From NCBI GenBank assembly GCA_016936905.1, contig JAFGWZ010000003.1, positions 1 through 59,300 on the forward strand: 59,300 nucleotides of DNA. The letters are read 5' to 3'. Each line of letters begins with the position of its first letter. Positions within the stretch are counted from its first letter, which is position 1. Positions 1 through 8,348 of this stretch are shown here, one piece after another. The notes below the pieces were generated by a model, which was given only the letters and a program-made list of their open reading frames with translations, searched no databases and was not told the origin of the DNA. A program made the position numbers and the translations under genes. Source of the stretch: Deltaproteobacteria bacterium (lineage in GTDB: Bacteria > Desulfobacterota > Syntrophia > Syntrophales > UBA6807).

Positions 1-1298
1 GGATCTTTCCGATTTATAAAGGCGCTGTAATCATTCCAGAGATTCGGATCTCCGATGGCGTCATTCCCTGCCCCTTTATGGGGATCTCGATCCATGGGAT
101 CGGGCAGGTCGTGGTTCGGCGGTATGGTCCGCCGCTCCGCCGGGCGGTTCGGCCCGAGCTGTTTCTCGAGATGCTCCAGTTTCGAGATAATGTCATCAAG
201 AGGAACGATCGGTTCGAGATATGCCATCTTCACGGCCAGGCATTCGAGGGTCAACCGGGGATCAAGGCTCCGCCTCATGGTTTCTTCCTCTGCCATGAGG
301 ATATCGAGGAGGCGTTGATGGGTTTCTCGAGTTGCCAGCCCTGCCTGATGTTTCAATCGATCGACCTCATCGTCCGGCACGTCACTGAGCGAACTCCCTC
401 CGGTGGTTATTTTCATGAGCAGCAGATTTCTGAAGTGACGGAGGAGCATCTGAAAAAACTGTTTGATATCAACGCCTGAGTAGTAGCACTCATCTATCAC
501 TTTCAATGAACGGCCCGCGTCTCTGGAAAGTATCGCTTCTGAAATATCAAAGAGGAACCGCCGGTCTTTCAATCCCAGCAGCTCTTCAATATCGCCGTCT
601 TTGATATCGGTTCCACCATAGGAAATCACCTGATCGAAGACACTCTGGGCATCCCTGATACTGCCGTCTCCGCTCTGGGCAATCCAGAACAGCCCTTTAT
701 CGCTGATCGTGATGTTTTCCGCGGCGGCGATCTTTCCGAGGTTTTCACCAATCTGCCTGATCGACACCCGTTTGAAATCAAAATGCTGGCATCGGGAGAG
801 AATGGTCGCCGGAACCTTGTAAATCTCAGTGGTTGCAAAGATGAAGACAACGTGTGGCGGAGGTTCTTCCAATGTTTTCAAGAGAGCATTGAAGGCCTCC
901 TTCGTCAACATGTGGACTTCATCGATGATGTAGACTTTATAGCGTGAGTTTATCGGAGAAAACTTTATATTTTCTCTCAGTTCCCGTATTTCATCAATCC
1001 CCCTGTTTGAGGCGCCGTCGATTTCCCGAACATCCAGCGATACGCCCTCGGTAATCTCCCTGCAGTTGCTGCAGACATTACAGGGAGTCTCCGTAGGGCC
1101 ATCTTTGCAGTTGATCGCTTTCGACAGGATACGGGCAACGGATGTCTTGCCGACACCCCGCGGCCCGCTGAATATAAAGGCGTGGGCGATTCGATTATAT
1201 CGTATGGCGTTCTTCAGGGTTCTCGCGACATGATCCTGCCCCACCACATCCTCGAAAACCTGTGGCCGCCATTTGCGGGCAAGGACAAGATATTCCAT
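1..1298 (-). CDS. dnaX: DNA polymerase III subunit gamma/tau, partial (C-terminus lies beyond the left edge)
   Basis: It is missing from the ORF track because it has no stop codon in the window. The reverse complement from the ATG at 1298 reads MEYLVLARKWRPQVFEDVVGQDHVARTLKNAIRYNRIAHAFIFSGPRGVGKTS (Walker A), then YIIDEVHMLTKEAFNALLKTLEEPP and SRCQHFDFKR. The frame stays open to base 1. Confidence 0.9.
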   Translation of the reverse strand, partial: MEYLVLARKWRPQVFEDVVGQDHVARTLKNAIRYNRIAHAFIFSGPRGVGKTSVARILSKAINCKDGPTETPCNVCSNCREITEGVSLDVREIDGASNRGIDEIRELRENIKFSPINSRYKVYIIDEVHMLTKEAFNALLKTLEEPPPHVVFIFATTEIYKVPATILSRCQHFDFKRVSIRQIGENLGKIAAAENITISDKGLFWIAQSGDGSIRDAQSVFDQVISYGGTDIKDGDIEELLGLKDRRFLFDISEAILSRDAGRSLKVIDECYYSGVDIKQFFQMLLRHFRNLLLMKITTGGSSLSDVPDDEVDRLKHQAGLATRETHQRLLDILMAEEETMRRSLDPRLTLECLAVKMAYLEPIVPLDDIISKLEHLEKQLGPNRPAERRTIPPNHDLPDPMDRDPHKGAGNDAIGDPNLWNDYSAFINRKD

Positions 1299-1359
1299 GT
1301 GAGACTCCCGGGACGAAATGTTCAATCATGGAGAACAGGAATGTTCGACGAATAAAGAT

Positions 1360-1455
1360 AGCCAGGCTCCCCCGCAGCACACAGAGATCATTGCTGCCGC
1401 TGCTTCCTTCCGGACCTGACGGGGTTCACAACCCTCTGTTGCACGGGACCCGGCT
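1360..1455 (-). ncRNA. ffs: Signal recognition particle RNA (small 4.5S type)
   Basis: The minus strand contains GTCAGGTCCGGAAGGAAGCAGC, the conserved domain IV/GGAA tetraloop motif of bacterial SRP RNA. The ends AGCCGGG...CCTGGCT pair to close a roughly 96-nt hairpin. It sits immediately upstream of dnaX, as scr does in Bacillus subtilis. Confidence 0.85.
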
Positions 1456-1478
1456 ATCAATTCGAATATGAAGCTATC

Positions 1479-1573
1479 TGGCGGAGAGAGGGGGATTCGA
1501 ACCCCCGGTGCACCTTTTTGAGTACACACACGATTTCCAGTCGTGCTCCTTCGGCCATCTCGGACATCTCTCC
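1479..1573 (-). tRNA. tRNA-Ser (anticodon GGA), CCA encoded
   Basis: Minus strand GGAGAGATGTCCGAG...GCACGA-CTGGAAA-TCGTG...GGGGGTTCGAATCCCCCTCTCTCCGCCA. It has a 7-bp acceptor stem, a long variable arm and a T-loop GTTCGAATC. Confidence 0.9.
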
Positions 1574-1612
1574 CTATTTCCTGTCCCGTATATGGAACGT
1601 TTTTTTATTATA

Positions 1613-1706
1613 TGGCGGAGAGGGTGGGATTCGAACCCACGTGAGGGCTTTTGGCCCCCAAGTCGATTTCGAGTCGACCCCGTTACGACCACTTCGGTAC
1701 CTCTCC
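1613..1706 (-). tRNA. tRNA-Ser (anticodon CGA), CCA encoded
   Basis: Minus strand GGAGAGGTACCGAAGTGG...GTCGA-CTCGAAA-TCGAC...GTGGGTTCGAATCCCACCCTCTCCGCCA. It has a long variable arm. Confidence 0.9.
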
Positions 1707-1714
1707 GTATCGTT

Positions 1715-2202
1715 CTATGGCGGAACGACCTCTGACAATAACCTCTTTTGTCGAAAAAATCTACTTAAAATTTCTCCGCACGCATCCCCCAAAACACCGC
1801 CGGTTACCTGGACTGAATGATTCAGCCTTTATCGCTGAGTATCGTGTAGAGAGACACCACGGCACCCCCCTTCGGGTCGGATGCGCCGAAGACGAGCCGC
1901 TCCACCCGGGCATGAAGGAGCGCGCCCGCACACATGACACATGGTTCCAGGGTCACATACAGCGTCGTTCCAGCCAGGCGGTAATTGCCCATATGTTCTG
2001 CTGCTTTTCTTATCGCCAGCATTTCCGCGTGGGCGGACGGGTCCCCGGCAGATATGGACCTGTTGTGAGCCCGCGCTATAATCTCGCCTCCTCGAACCAC
2101 AACGGCTCCGACGGGCACTTCTCCCTCACGGAGAGCCTCCCGGGCTTCTTCCATGGCAATGTTCATGAATCGCATGTCCTGTTGTTGCATGTCATTCACC
2201 AT
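1715..2202 (-). CDS. tadA: tRNA adenosine(34) deaminase TadA, interrupted by an apparent 1-nt frameshift near 1825-1830
   Basis: The 126-aa ORF 1822-2202 has the deaminase motifs HAEMLAI and PCVMCAGAL and stops after ...LSDKG. The adjacent frame continues with RLNHSVQVTGGVLGDACGEILSRFFRQKR..., the canonical TadA C-terminus, and ends at TAG 1715-1717. Confidence 0.85.
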
Positions 2203-2318
2203 CTGGCCTCCTGATAAAACAATTCGGGGAAAGAATCAAGGGAACAGTCGAAACAATCATCATAGCAAAATGGATACTAAGTGAAAATAATCATTGATTT
2301 ATCGATTAATCTTGCATT

Positions 2319-2894
2319 ATGATGGCGCAAAATGGTGGGGACATGATTCAGAAAAACCTCCTCATAACCGCTATCGTTATCTCTCTCGTCGGCCATATGG
2401 CGATCATTGCCATTTCCGGCATGATTGTGTTCAACGGCTCCGGTGCGGCGGAGAAGCCCTTCACCGTCCATCTGGAAAGCAAGGCCACCACCATTGGAAG
2501 CAAACCGGCATCCATTAAATCCTCGACAGAACAGGACCATCCCATTCCTGAGGGAACACCGGGCAAGGGCGAAGCCGTCGTTGAGCTGGGGGACCGACAG
2601 ACTAAGTATTACTCGTACCTCAAACATCTCAAACGGAAGTTCGAAAAACGGTGGACCTATCCCCGTGACGCTTACAGCAAGAAGGAAAAGGGGGTGTCCG
2701 TTGTCCGTTTCTCCATCGGGGAATCGGGGAACCTTGCCGACGCGTTCATCCTGTCATCATCGGGACACGAATCACTGGACGGTGAAGCCCTCCGGGTGAT
2801 CCATTCGTCCTGCCCTTTCAACCCTCTCCCCGCCACCTTCAATCTCTCAATGCTCCACGTCATCGCCCGTTTTCAATATGACCTCGCCGAATGA
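2319..2894 (+). CDS. TonB-family energy transducer (N-terminal TM anchor plus TonB C-terminal domain)
   Basis: It has an N-terminal hydrophobic segment LLITAIVISLVGHMAIIAISG. The C-terminus KFEKRWTYPRDAYSKKEKGVSVVRFSIGESGNLADAFILSSSGHESLDGEALRVI is typical of the TonB_C fold. Confidence 0.7.
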   Translation: MMAQNGGDMIQKNLLITAIVISLVGHMAIIAISGMIVFNGSGAAEKPFTVHLESKATTIGSKPASIKSSTEQDHPIPEGTPGKGEAVVELGDRQTKYYSYLKHLKRKFEKRWTYPRDAYSKKEKGVSVVRFSIGESGNLADAFILSSSGHESLDGEALRVIHSSCPFNPLPATFNLSMLHVIARFQYDLAE

Positions 2895-2939
2895 TTCCTC
2901 CGCCCATCGTATAATGCCGGGGGGATGCCGGGGGAGGGG

Positions 2940-3032
2940 GATGCAGGGGTCAGATCTTGAGGATGCAGGGGTCAGGTCTTGCTTTTTGCCTCTGCTGAAA
3001 TCGTATGGCAAAAAGCAAGACCTGACCCCTGC
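2940..3032. repeat. 22-nt tandem duplication followed by a perfect 26-bp inverted repeat (16-nt loop)
   Basis: Copy 1 is 2940-2961 gatgcaggggtcagatcttgag and copy 2 is 2962-2983 gatgcaggggtcaggtcttgct. The arm 2965-2990 gcaggggtcaggtcttgctttttgcc is the exact reverse complement of 3007-3032. Confidence 0.85.
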
Positions 3033-3062
3033 CTTTCCCCTGCCTTCGGATCATATAATTGC

Positions 3063-3091
3063 TTGCAATTTGCACGGCTCACTACTATGGT
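3063..3091 (+). promoter_or_regulatory. Candidate sigma-70 promoter for the MFS gene
   Basis: TTGCAA (3063-3068), 17-nt spacer, TATGGT (3086-3091). Confidence 0.35.
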
Positions 3092-3116
3092 ACACTGATT
3101 ACCGACGCGAACACGG

Positions 3117-4361
3117 TTGTCCGGAACAATGTTATTGACACCCATGACGAACGAAAAGAAGATTATCGCCATCACCTGTGTGGCCCACTTTCTCTGCCAT
3201 TTTTATGAGCTTATCTTTCCCGCCCTGGCGATACCGCTGATGCTGTCGCTGAAGATGGATCTTGCCGATGTCCTGAAATTAAGCTTCCTCATGTATCTTC
3301 TCTATGGTATCGGCGCGCTCCCTTGGGGAATGATTTCAGACCGGTTCGGGAACCGCAGAAGCATGATCGTCTTTTTCCTGGGATGCGGGATCGGCGCCTT
3401 TCTGACAGCCATGTCGCAGTCGGGAACATCCCTCATGCTGTCTCTTGCCGTTATCGGCTTCTTTGCCAGCATCTACCATCCCGCCGGTATGGGACTTATC
3501 TCGCTGGGCGTTAAAAACAGGGGAATGGCTCTGGGAATCAACGGCGTTGCCGGTAACATCGGCCTTGTGAGCGCCCCGTTCGCCGCCGGGCTCCTGAACT
3601 GGCTGGTAGGGTGGGAGATGACCTACGTTCTGATCGGCGCTTTCAGTATCGTCTGGGGGATTATCCTTGTATTTACCGCCATCGACGAGTCGCCTCTCCC
3701 GGAATATGACGACGACGCCACTGCGTCATCAGTCACAAAAAACTCCACCATGCGATATTTCATCATCATGTGTATCATCATGACCATTGCCGGACTTTCC
3801 TATCGGGCCAACAGCATCGTGTTGCCGGCATACCTTGAATTCAAGGCTTCATTCCTCTGGGATTTTTTCCAGCGGATGGATCTTCCGGCCATCCAGGGCA
3901 CAAAGACCCTCGCGGCGACACTGCTGGCATCATCGATTTATCTCATCGGCATCGTGGGACAGCTTGCCGGCGGCAAAGCTGCGGATACGTATGACCTTCG
4001 ATGGATGTACCTGGCCTTTCACTCCCTGAGTCTCCCCTTCGTCATCCTGATGGGATTCGTCAGCGAGTACTTCCTTGTCGTTTCAGCGGCTTTGTATGTG
4101 TTCTTTTCCCTCGGGATGCAGCCCATCGAGAACAGCCTGGTTGCCAAATTCTCCCCCGCCAGGTGGCGGAGCACCGGTTACGGCATCAAATTCATCCTCG
4201 TATTCGGGGTCAGTTCCGTAACCGTCTATCTTGTCGGCTGGATAAAGAATCTATGGGGCCTCGAGGCGGTTTATTTCTTTGCCGGAGGTGCCGTCGCTCT
4301 TCTCGTCTGCATCATTCTGTATCTGATCTGGGCTTCCCGGGGTATATCCTGCAGGAACTGA
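3117..4361 (+). CDS. MFS transporter (substrate unknown)
   Basis: The 414-aa protein is hydrophobic with about 12 predicted TM segments in two halves and an MFS-like loop GMISDRFGNRRSM. The start is ambiguous: TTG 3117, ATG 3129 or ATG 3144. Confidence 0.8.
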   Translation: MSGTMLLTPMTNEKKIIAITCVAHFLCHFYELIFPALAIPLMLSLKMDLADVLKLSFLMYLLYGIGALPWGMISDRFGNRRSMIVFFLGCGIGAFLTAMSQSGTSLMLSLAVIGFFASIYHPAGMGLISLGVKNRGMALGINGVAGNIGLVSAPFAAGLLNWLVGWEMTYVLIGAFSIVWGIILVFTAIDESPLPEYDDDATASSVTKNSTMRYFIIMCIIMTIAGLSYRANSIVLPAYLEFKASFLWDFFQRMDLPAIQGTKTLAATLLASSIYLIGIVGQLAGGKAADTYDLRWMYLAFHSLSLPFVILMGFVSEYFLVVSAALYVFFSLGMQPIENSLVAKFSPARWRSTGYGIKFILVFGVSSVTVYLVGWIKNLWGLEAVYFFAGGAVALLVCIILYLIWASRGISCRN

Positions 4362-4466
4362 CGTCGACGCTTGCGGGCAAGGGGTTGTTCTCTGACTCCC
4401 ACGTGCCGGCAGCGAGAGAGAACGGTAAAGACATTATTGAATGTAAATCGGGACTTTTGTTACATC

Positions 4467-4495
4467 TTGACACGGCATGATAATTTCCCTATAGT
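4467..4495 (+). promoter_or_regulatory. Candidate sigma-70 promoter of the LolA-like/MMPL/OMP operon
   Basis: TTGACA (4467-4472), 17-nt spacer, TATAGT (4490-4495). An AAGGAG RBS lies just before the ATG at 4583. Confidence 0.5.
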
Positions 4496-4582
4496 TCACC
4501 ATTATTGAGGCGATTCCCGATGAAATGAAATTCATGAGAATTAACGGACAAGAACTATCATTTTTTTTATAAGGAGTGACAT

Positions 4583-5398
4583 ATGAAGAAAACAGTATGG
4601 ATCGTAGGATTGATTGCCCTCTGGGTTTTCTTCCCGGTGTTAACACAGGCGGCGGACATGACGGGCCGCCAGGTTATGGACAAACAGAAGGAATTTCACA
4701 AGGTTAAAACCGAGATCGGAGATGAGATCATGCTGCTCGTCGACAAGGACGGCGGCAAGGAGAAGCGACAGGTAAAGCGGTCCGCAAAGGAAGTCGGCCC
4801 TGACATCCATCGCTATCTTGTTGTCTTCCTGGCACCGGCGGATATCAACGGCACGGCCCTCCTTACCTGGGAACAGAAGGAGCGGGAAAATGACCAGTGG
4901 CTTTACCTGCCTGCACAGAAAAAGATGCAGCGCATCGCCAAGGGCAGCAAGAAGAACTACTTCATGGGAACGGACTTTACCTATGAAGATATGGAGCCGG
5001 AAGACCTCGACAACTTCAAATACACCATCCTTCGGAGTGAGAATATTGAACAGGACGGTGTAACCTCCGAATGCTACGTCATCGAAGCGGTTCCCGCCAA
5101 CGATGAAAAAAAGAAGGAAAGCGGTTACTCCAAGCGGATCATGTGGATCGAAAAGCCACACCTGTATACCCTGAAGGTCGAATTCTACGACCGGCGGGGC
5201 AGGCTGCAGAAAGTCCAGACCAACCACGCCATGGAAAATGTTTCCGGCACGGTATGGCGGGCCAAGAAGACGCTCATGAATCACCTGGAGAGGGAACACA
5301 AAACGCTGACGGGCATCACGGCGCGACAGATCAACAAGGATGTTGACGATTCCGTTTTTACGGAACGGTATATTCTCTCGGGGAGACACACGCAGTAG
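4583..5398 (+). CDS. Outer-membrane lipoprotein-sorting (LolA-like) periplasmic protein
   Basis: It has a signal peptide MKKTVWIVGLIALWVFFPVLTQA. Motifs LLTWEQKERENDQWLYLPAQKKMQRI and GTDFTYEDM are typical of the LolA_like family, which is usually encoded next to RND/MMPL exporters. Confidence 0.7.
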   Translation: MKKTVWIVGLIALWVFFPVLTQAADMTGRQVMDKQKEFHKVKTEIGDEIMLLVDKDGGKEKRQVKRSAKEVGPDIHRYLVVFLAPADINGTALLTWEQKERENDQWLYLPAQKKMQRIAKGSKKNYFMGTDFTYEDMEPEDLDNFKYTILRSENIEQDGVTSECYVIEAVPANDEKKKESGYSKRIMWIEKPHLYTLKVEFYDRRGRLQKVQTNHAMENVSGTVWRAKKTLMNHLEREHKTLTGITARQINKDVDDSVFTERYILSGRHTQ

Positions 5399-5496
5399 AT
5401 CCGGCGCGTTTTCCTGCTGATACGACCGAATTGTCATTTAAGTCCCGAATACATTGATAGTCTCTTGCGACGCTGACGTGCGGAGGATACAAATCG

Positions 5497-8235
5497 ATGC
5501 GCAAAATTATGCTGTGGAGCCATGCTCATCCATGGATAGTTATCGCCATTGTCGTGGCCGCAACCGTCCTGAGTCTCTATAGTGCCAGGAACCTTCGTGT
5601 CGACGCGTCGACGGAAGGCATGATGATTCAGGGGGATCCTGCCCAGGATTATTATCACGACACACTCAAACGGTTCGGCACCGACAATATAACCGTCATT
5701 TTCATTCAGGATAAATCGCTCTTCACTCCCGAAAAGCTGAAGTTTATCGATGACCTGGTTTATCAGTTTGAAGAGCTGAAGGGTGTCAGCAAGGTTGAAA
5801 GCCTCTATTCGGTGACAAACTTCAAAGGCGTGGAAGGCGGCCTTGAAACCAATCCCCTGATGGACTGGCCGCCGGAGACACTCGAGGAGGCTCAGCGGAT
5901 CAAGGCGGATGCCCTGAGGAATCCCATTGTCCAGGACAGCATGATCTCAAAGGACGGGACGGCAACAGCGATCAACCTCTTCGTCGAAGGTGACAGCAGC
6001 GACCCCGAATTCAATGTAAAGTTTTCCCGCAAAGTCGATGAGATCATCAAACCTTACGAGGAGAAATTCGGTTCCATCTTCCAGATCGGCCTTTCCTACA
6101 CCCGCCGGCTGATCACCGATAACATCATGGGTGACACGATCAAGCTCGTTCCCCTGGCCGCGTTTGTTCTCCTGCTCACCCTGGTCATTTCCATGCGGTC
6201 CGCCAGCGGGGCGCTGCTGCCGATGCTCACGGCGGGAACAAGTATTGTCTGGACCGCCGGGTTCATGGCGTATATTGATATCCCCCTTAATGTCCTTACG
6301 GTCATCGTACCGGCGCTGATTATCGTCATCGGCTCGACGGAAGACATACACATCCTTTCCGAATACCTGGAAGGCATAGAAGAAACAGGGGGAATAAAAG
6401 ACGAAGCGATCAGAATCATGTCCGGCAAGGTCGGAACGGCGGTTCTCCTCACATCGCTCACCACCTTTATCGGATTTCTCTCAATAACAATAAATCAGAT
6501 TACACTGCTGAAACAGTTCGGTATCGCCTCCGCCTTCGGTCTCTTCGTCAATCCGGTGGCGACATGCATGCTGGCACCGGTGTACCTCCATTTCTTCGGG
6601 TCCGTCAAGACCAAAGGTGAGACCGCCCACGAATCGGGACTGACCAATCGGCTGTTTCACGCCGCTGCCACCAGCATCCTCAGGATCATCAGTAAAAAAC
6701 GGCTGGTCCTCACCGGTTTTCTTGGCGCCGCCGCCATCATTGGGCTGTTCACCCTGAACGTCAAAGTAGACAACGACCTTCTCGGATATTTCAAGGTGAA
6801 TTCTCCCATTAGAAATCGAAGCCAGATCCTCCATGAAAATCTTGCCGGCGCCCAGACCTTTTTTATCCGGATCAACAGCGGATTCCCCGGCACATTCAAA
6901 CAGCCGGAAAACCTGAAACAGGTAGAAGCCATCCAGGACTATTTGACCAAAAGCAAACTTTTCGACAAGTCGCAGTCACTCGCTGACAATATTTCTCTGA
7001 TACACCGGGAAATGAACGGGGGGAAAGAAGAGTTCCTGAGGGTGCCCGACTCGGCGGATCTCGTGGCGCAATACCTTCTCTTCCTTCACCGGGACAAGAT
7101 AGACCGGTATGTCACGTCAGACTACAGCGAAGCGAATATCCTCGTACGACATAACCTCAGTTCGTCATACGAACTCAAAGAAGCGCTCGAGGGATTGAAG
7201 CGGCATATCGACGAAACGATCAATCCTCATTTTTTCTGGGGATTCACCGGGGAAAATATCCTTATCAACGCGGCGGCTGACAGTATGGCTGAGGGACAGG
7301 CAAAGTCGCTGTCGCTCGTGTTGATCCTGATTTTTGTGATCATGTCCGTTCTCTTTGTCAATGTCAAGGCGGGGGCTCTCTCGCTCATACCGAACCTTTT
7401 TCCCATCGTCATCAATTTCGGCATCATGGGCATCTTCGGTATCCCTCTGAATACGGGCACGGCCATGGTGGCCGCCATCGCTATAGGAATCGCCGTGGAC
7501 GACACGATCCATCTCATGAGCCGCTACAATACGGAGATGCGGATCCTGCAGAGCCAGGACAAGGCGGTCGACGTCTGTATTCACGCCGAGGTGAGGCCCG
7601 TGATCTCGACGTCCGTCGCCCTCGCGCTCGGATTCGCTGTTCTGGGTATTTCCAATTTCGTTCCGGTCATCAGTTTCGGCCTTTTGTCGGCGCTCGTCAT
7701 GGTCTTCGCCATCATCGGCGACCTGTTCATAACCCCCATTCTTCTTTCGTCCACCCAGCTCATGACGCTGTGGGATGTTATCGGCCTGCAGCTGCAGCAG
7801 GCGGTCATTCAGAACGCCGAGCTGTTCAGGGATCTCAGGCCATGGCAGATGAAACGAATCGTTCTCCTCGGTCGGGTTGTGACGAAGGAAGCCGGCGAAC
7901 TGGCAGTCGTCCAGGGGGAAGACGGGAGCAGCATGTATCTCCTGCTCGAAGGAAGGGCAGAGGTTGTCACAAAAGATAAGAAAACGGCAAGGGATATCGT
8001 CCTAACCGAACTGAATCCGGGGGATGTCTTCGGTGAAATCGCCCTGGTCGAACCGGGGCCGCGGTCCGCCGATGTACGGGCCCTCGAACCGGTCAGATAC
8101 CTTGAGATAGACTGGAACGGACTGGGAAGAATTCAAAGGATATATCCCCGCATTGCCAGCCGCCTGTTCCTGAACCTGTCAAGAATCCTGGGAATACGCC
8201 TGGCAAGAACGGACAAGCTGTTATTCGACTCGTAA
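5497..8235 (+). CDS. MMPL/RND-superfamily exporter fused to a C-terminal cyclic-nucleotide-binding domain
   Basis: The 912-aa protein has two homologous 6-TM halves (IGSTEDIHILSEY / GIAVDDTIHLMSRY), each following a large soluble loop. The last ~140 aa have the cNMP-binding signature GDVFGEIALVEPGPRSADVRALEP. Confidence 0.85.
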   Translation: MRKIMLWSHAHPWIVIAIVVAATVLSLYSARNLRVDASTEGMMIQGDPAQDYYHDTLKRFGTDNITVIFIQDKSLFTPEKLKFIDDLVYQFEELKGVSKVESLYSVTNFKGVEGGLETNPLMDWPPETLEEAQRIKADALRNPIVQDSMISKDGTATAINLFVEGDSSDPEFNVKFSRKVDEIIKPYEEKFGSIFQIGLSYTRRLITDNIMGDTIKLVPLAAFVLLLTLVISMRSASGALLPMLTAGTSIVWTAGFMAYIDIPLNVLTVIVPALIIVIGSTEDIHILSEYLEGIEETGGIKDEAIRIMSGKVGTAVLLTSLTTFIGFLSITINQITLLKQFGIASAFGLFVNPVATCMLAPVYLHFFGSVKTKGETAHESGLTNRLFHAAATSILRIISKKRLVLTGFLGAAAIIGLFTLNVKVDNDLLGYFKVNSPIRNRSQILHENLAGAQTFFIRINSGFPGTFKQPENLKQVEAIQDYLTKSKLFDKSQSLADNISLIHREMNGGKEEFLRVPDSADLVAQYLLFLHRDKIDRYVTSDYSEANILVRHNLSSSYELKEALEGLKRHIDETINPHFFWGFTGENILINAAADSMAEGQAKSLSLVLILIFVIMSVLFVNVKAGALSLIPNLFPIVINFGIMGIFGIPLNTGTAMVAAIAIGIAVDDTIHLMSRYNTEMRILQSQDKAVDVCIHAEVRPVISTSVALALGFAVLGISNFVPVISFGLLSALVMVFAIIGDLFITPILLSSTQLMTLWDVIGLQLQQAVIQNAELFRDLRPWQMKRIVLLGRVVTKEAGELAVVQGEDGSSMYLLLEGRAEVVTKDKKTARDIVLTELNPGDVFGEIALVEPGPRSADVRALEPVRYLEIDWNGLGRIQRIYPRIASRLFLNLSRILGIRLARTDKLLFDS

Positions 8236-8348
8236 CTGGGGCATGATGATGTATGACCGTCCTGCCGTTCGATGAAGCGGCAATATCCGTCCGGTGTCAA
8301 ATGTCGGCGGCAATGAGCAGCATACAACGTGAAAGGATAGATACGCGT

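Noticed and set aside
1-1298. A programmed -1 frameshift site (A AAA AAG type) in dnaX for a gamma-subunit product.
   Set aside because: No A-AAA-AAG-like slippery heptamer is visible in the part of dnaX inside the window. The relevant region may lie beyond the left edge.
1195-2214. Tracked ORFs 1195-1380, 1262-1471, 1326-1529, 1474-1692, 1508-1735, 1518-1820 and 1651-2214.
   Set aside because: They overlap the SRP RNA, the two tRNA-Ser genes or the antisense of tadA. The RNA genes explain the conservation-like open frames.
4640-5437. A 265-aa ORF on the minus strand covering the LolA-like gene. Similar long antisense ORFs occur at 9237-9815, 12317-13123, 13756-14583, 20296-20847, 26340-27248, 28820-29659, 29955-30551, 31499-32332, 36705-37541, 42725-43423, 43553-44194, 53081-54037 and 58245-58859.
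   Set aside because: Each lies antisense to a gene whose translation has clear family motifs. Their own translations are Arg/Gly/Pro-rich and low-complexity with no recognisable domains. This is typical of shadow ORFs in moderately GC-rich DNA.
8253-8348. A 32-codon upstream extension of the OM barrel ORF.
   Set aside because: The internal ATG at 8349 gives a classical signal peptide, whereas the extension would bury it.
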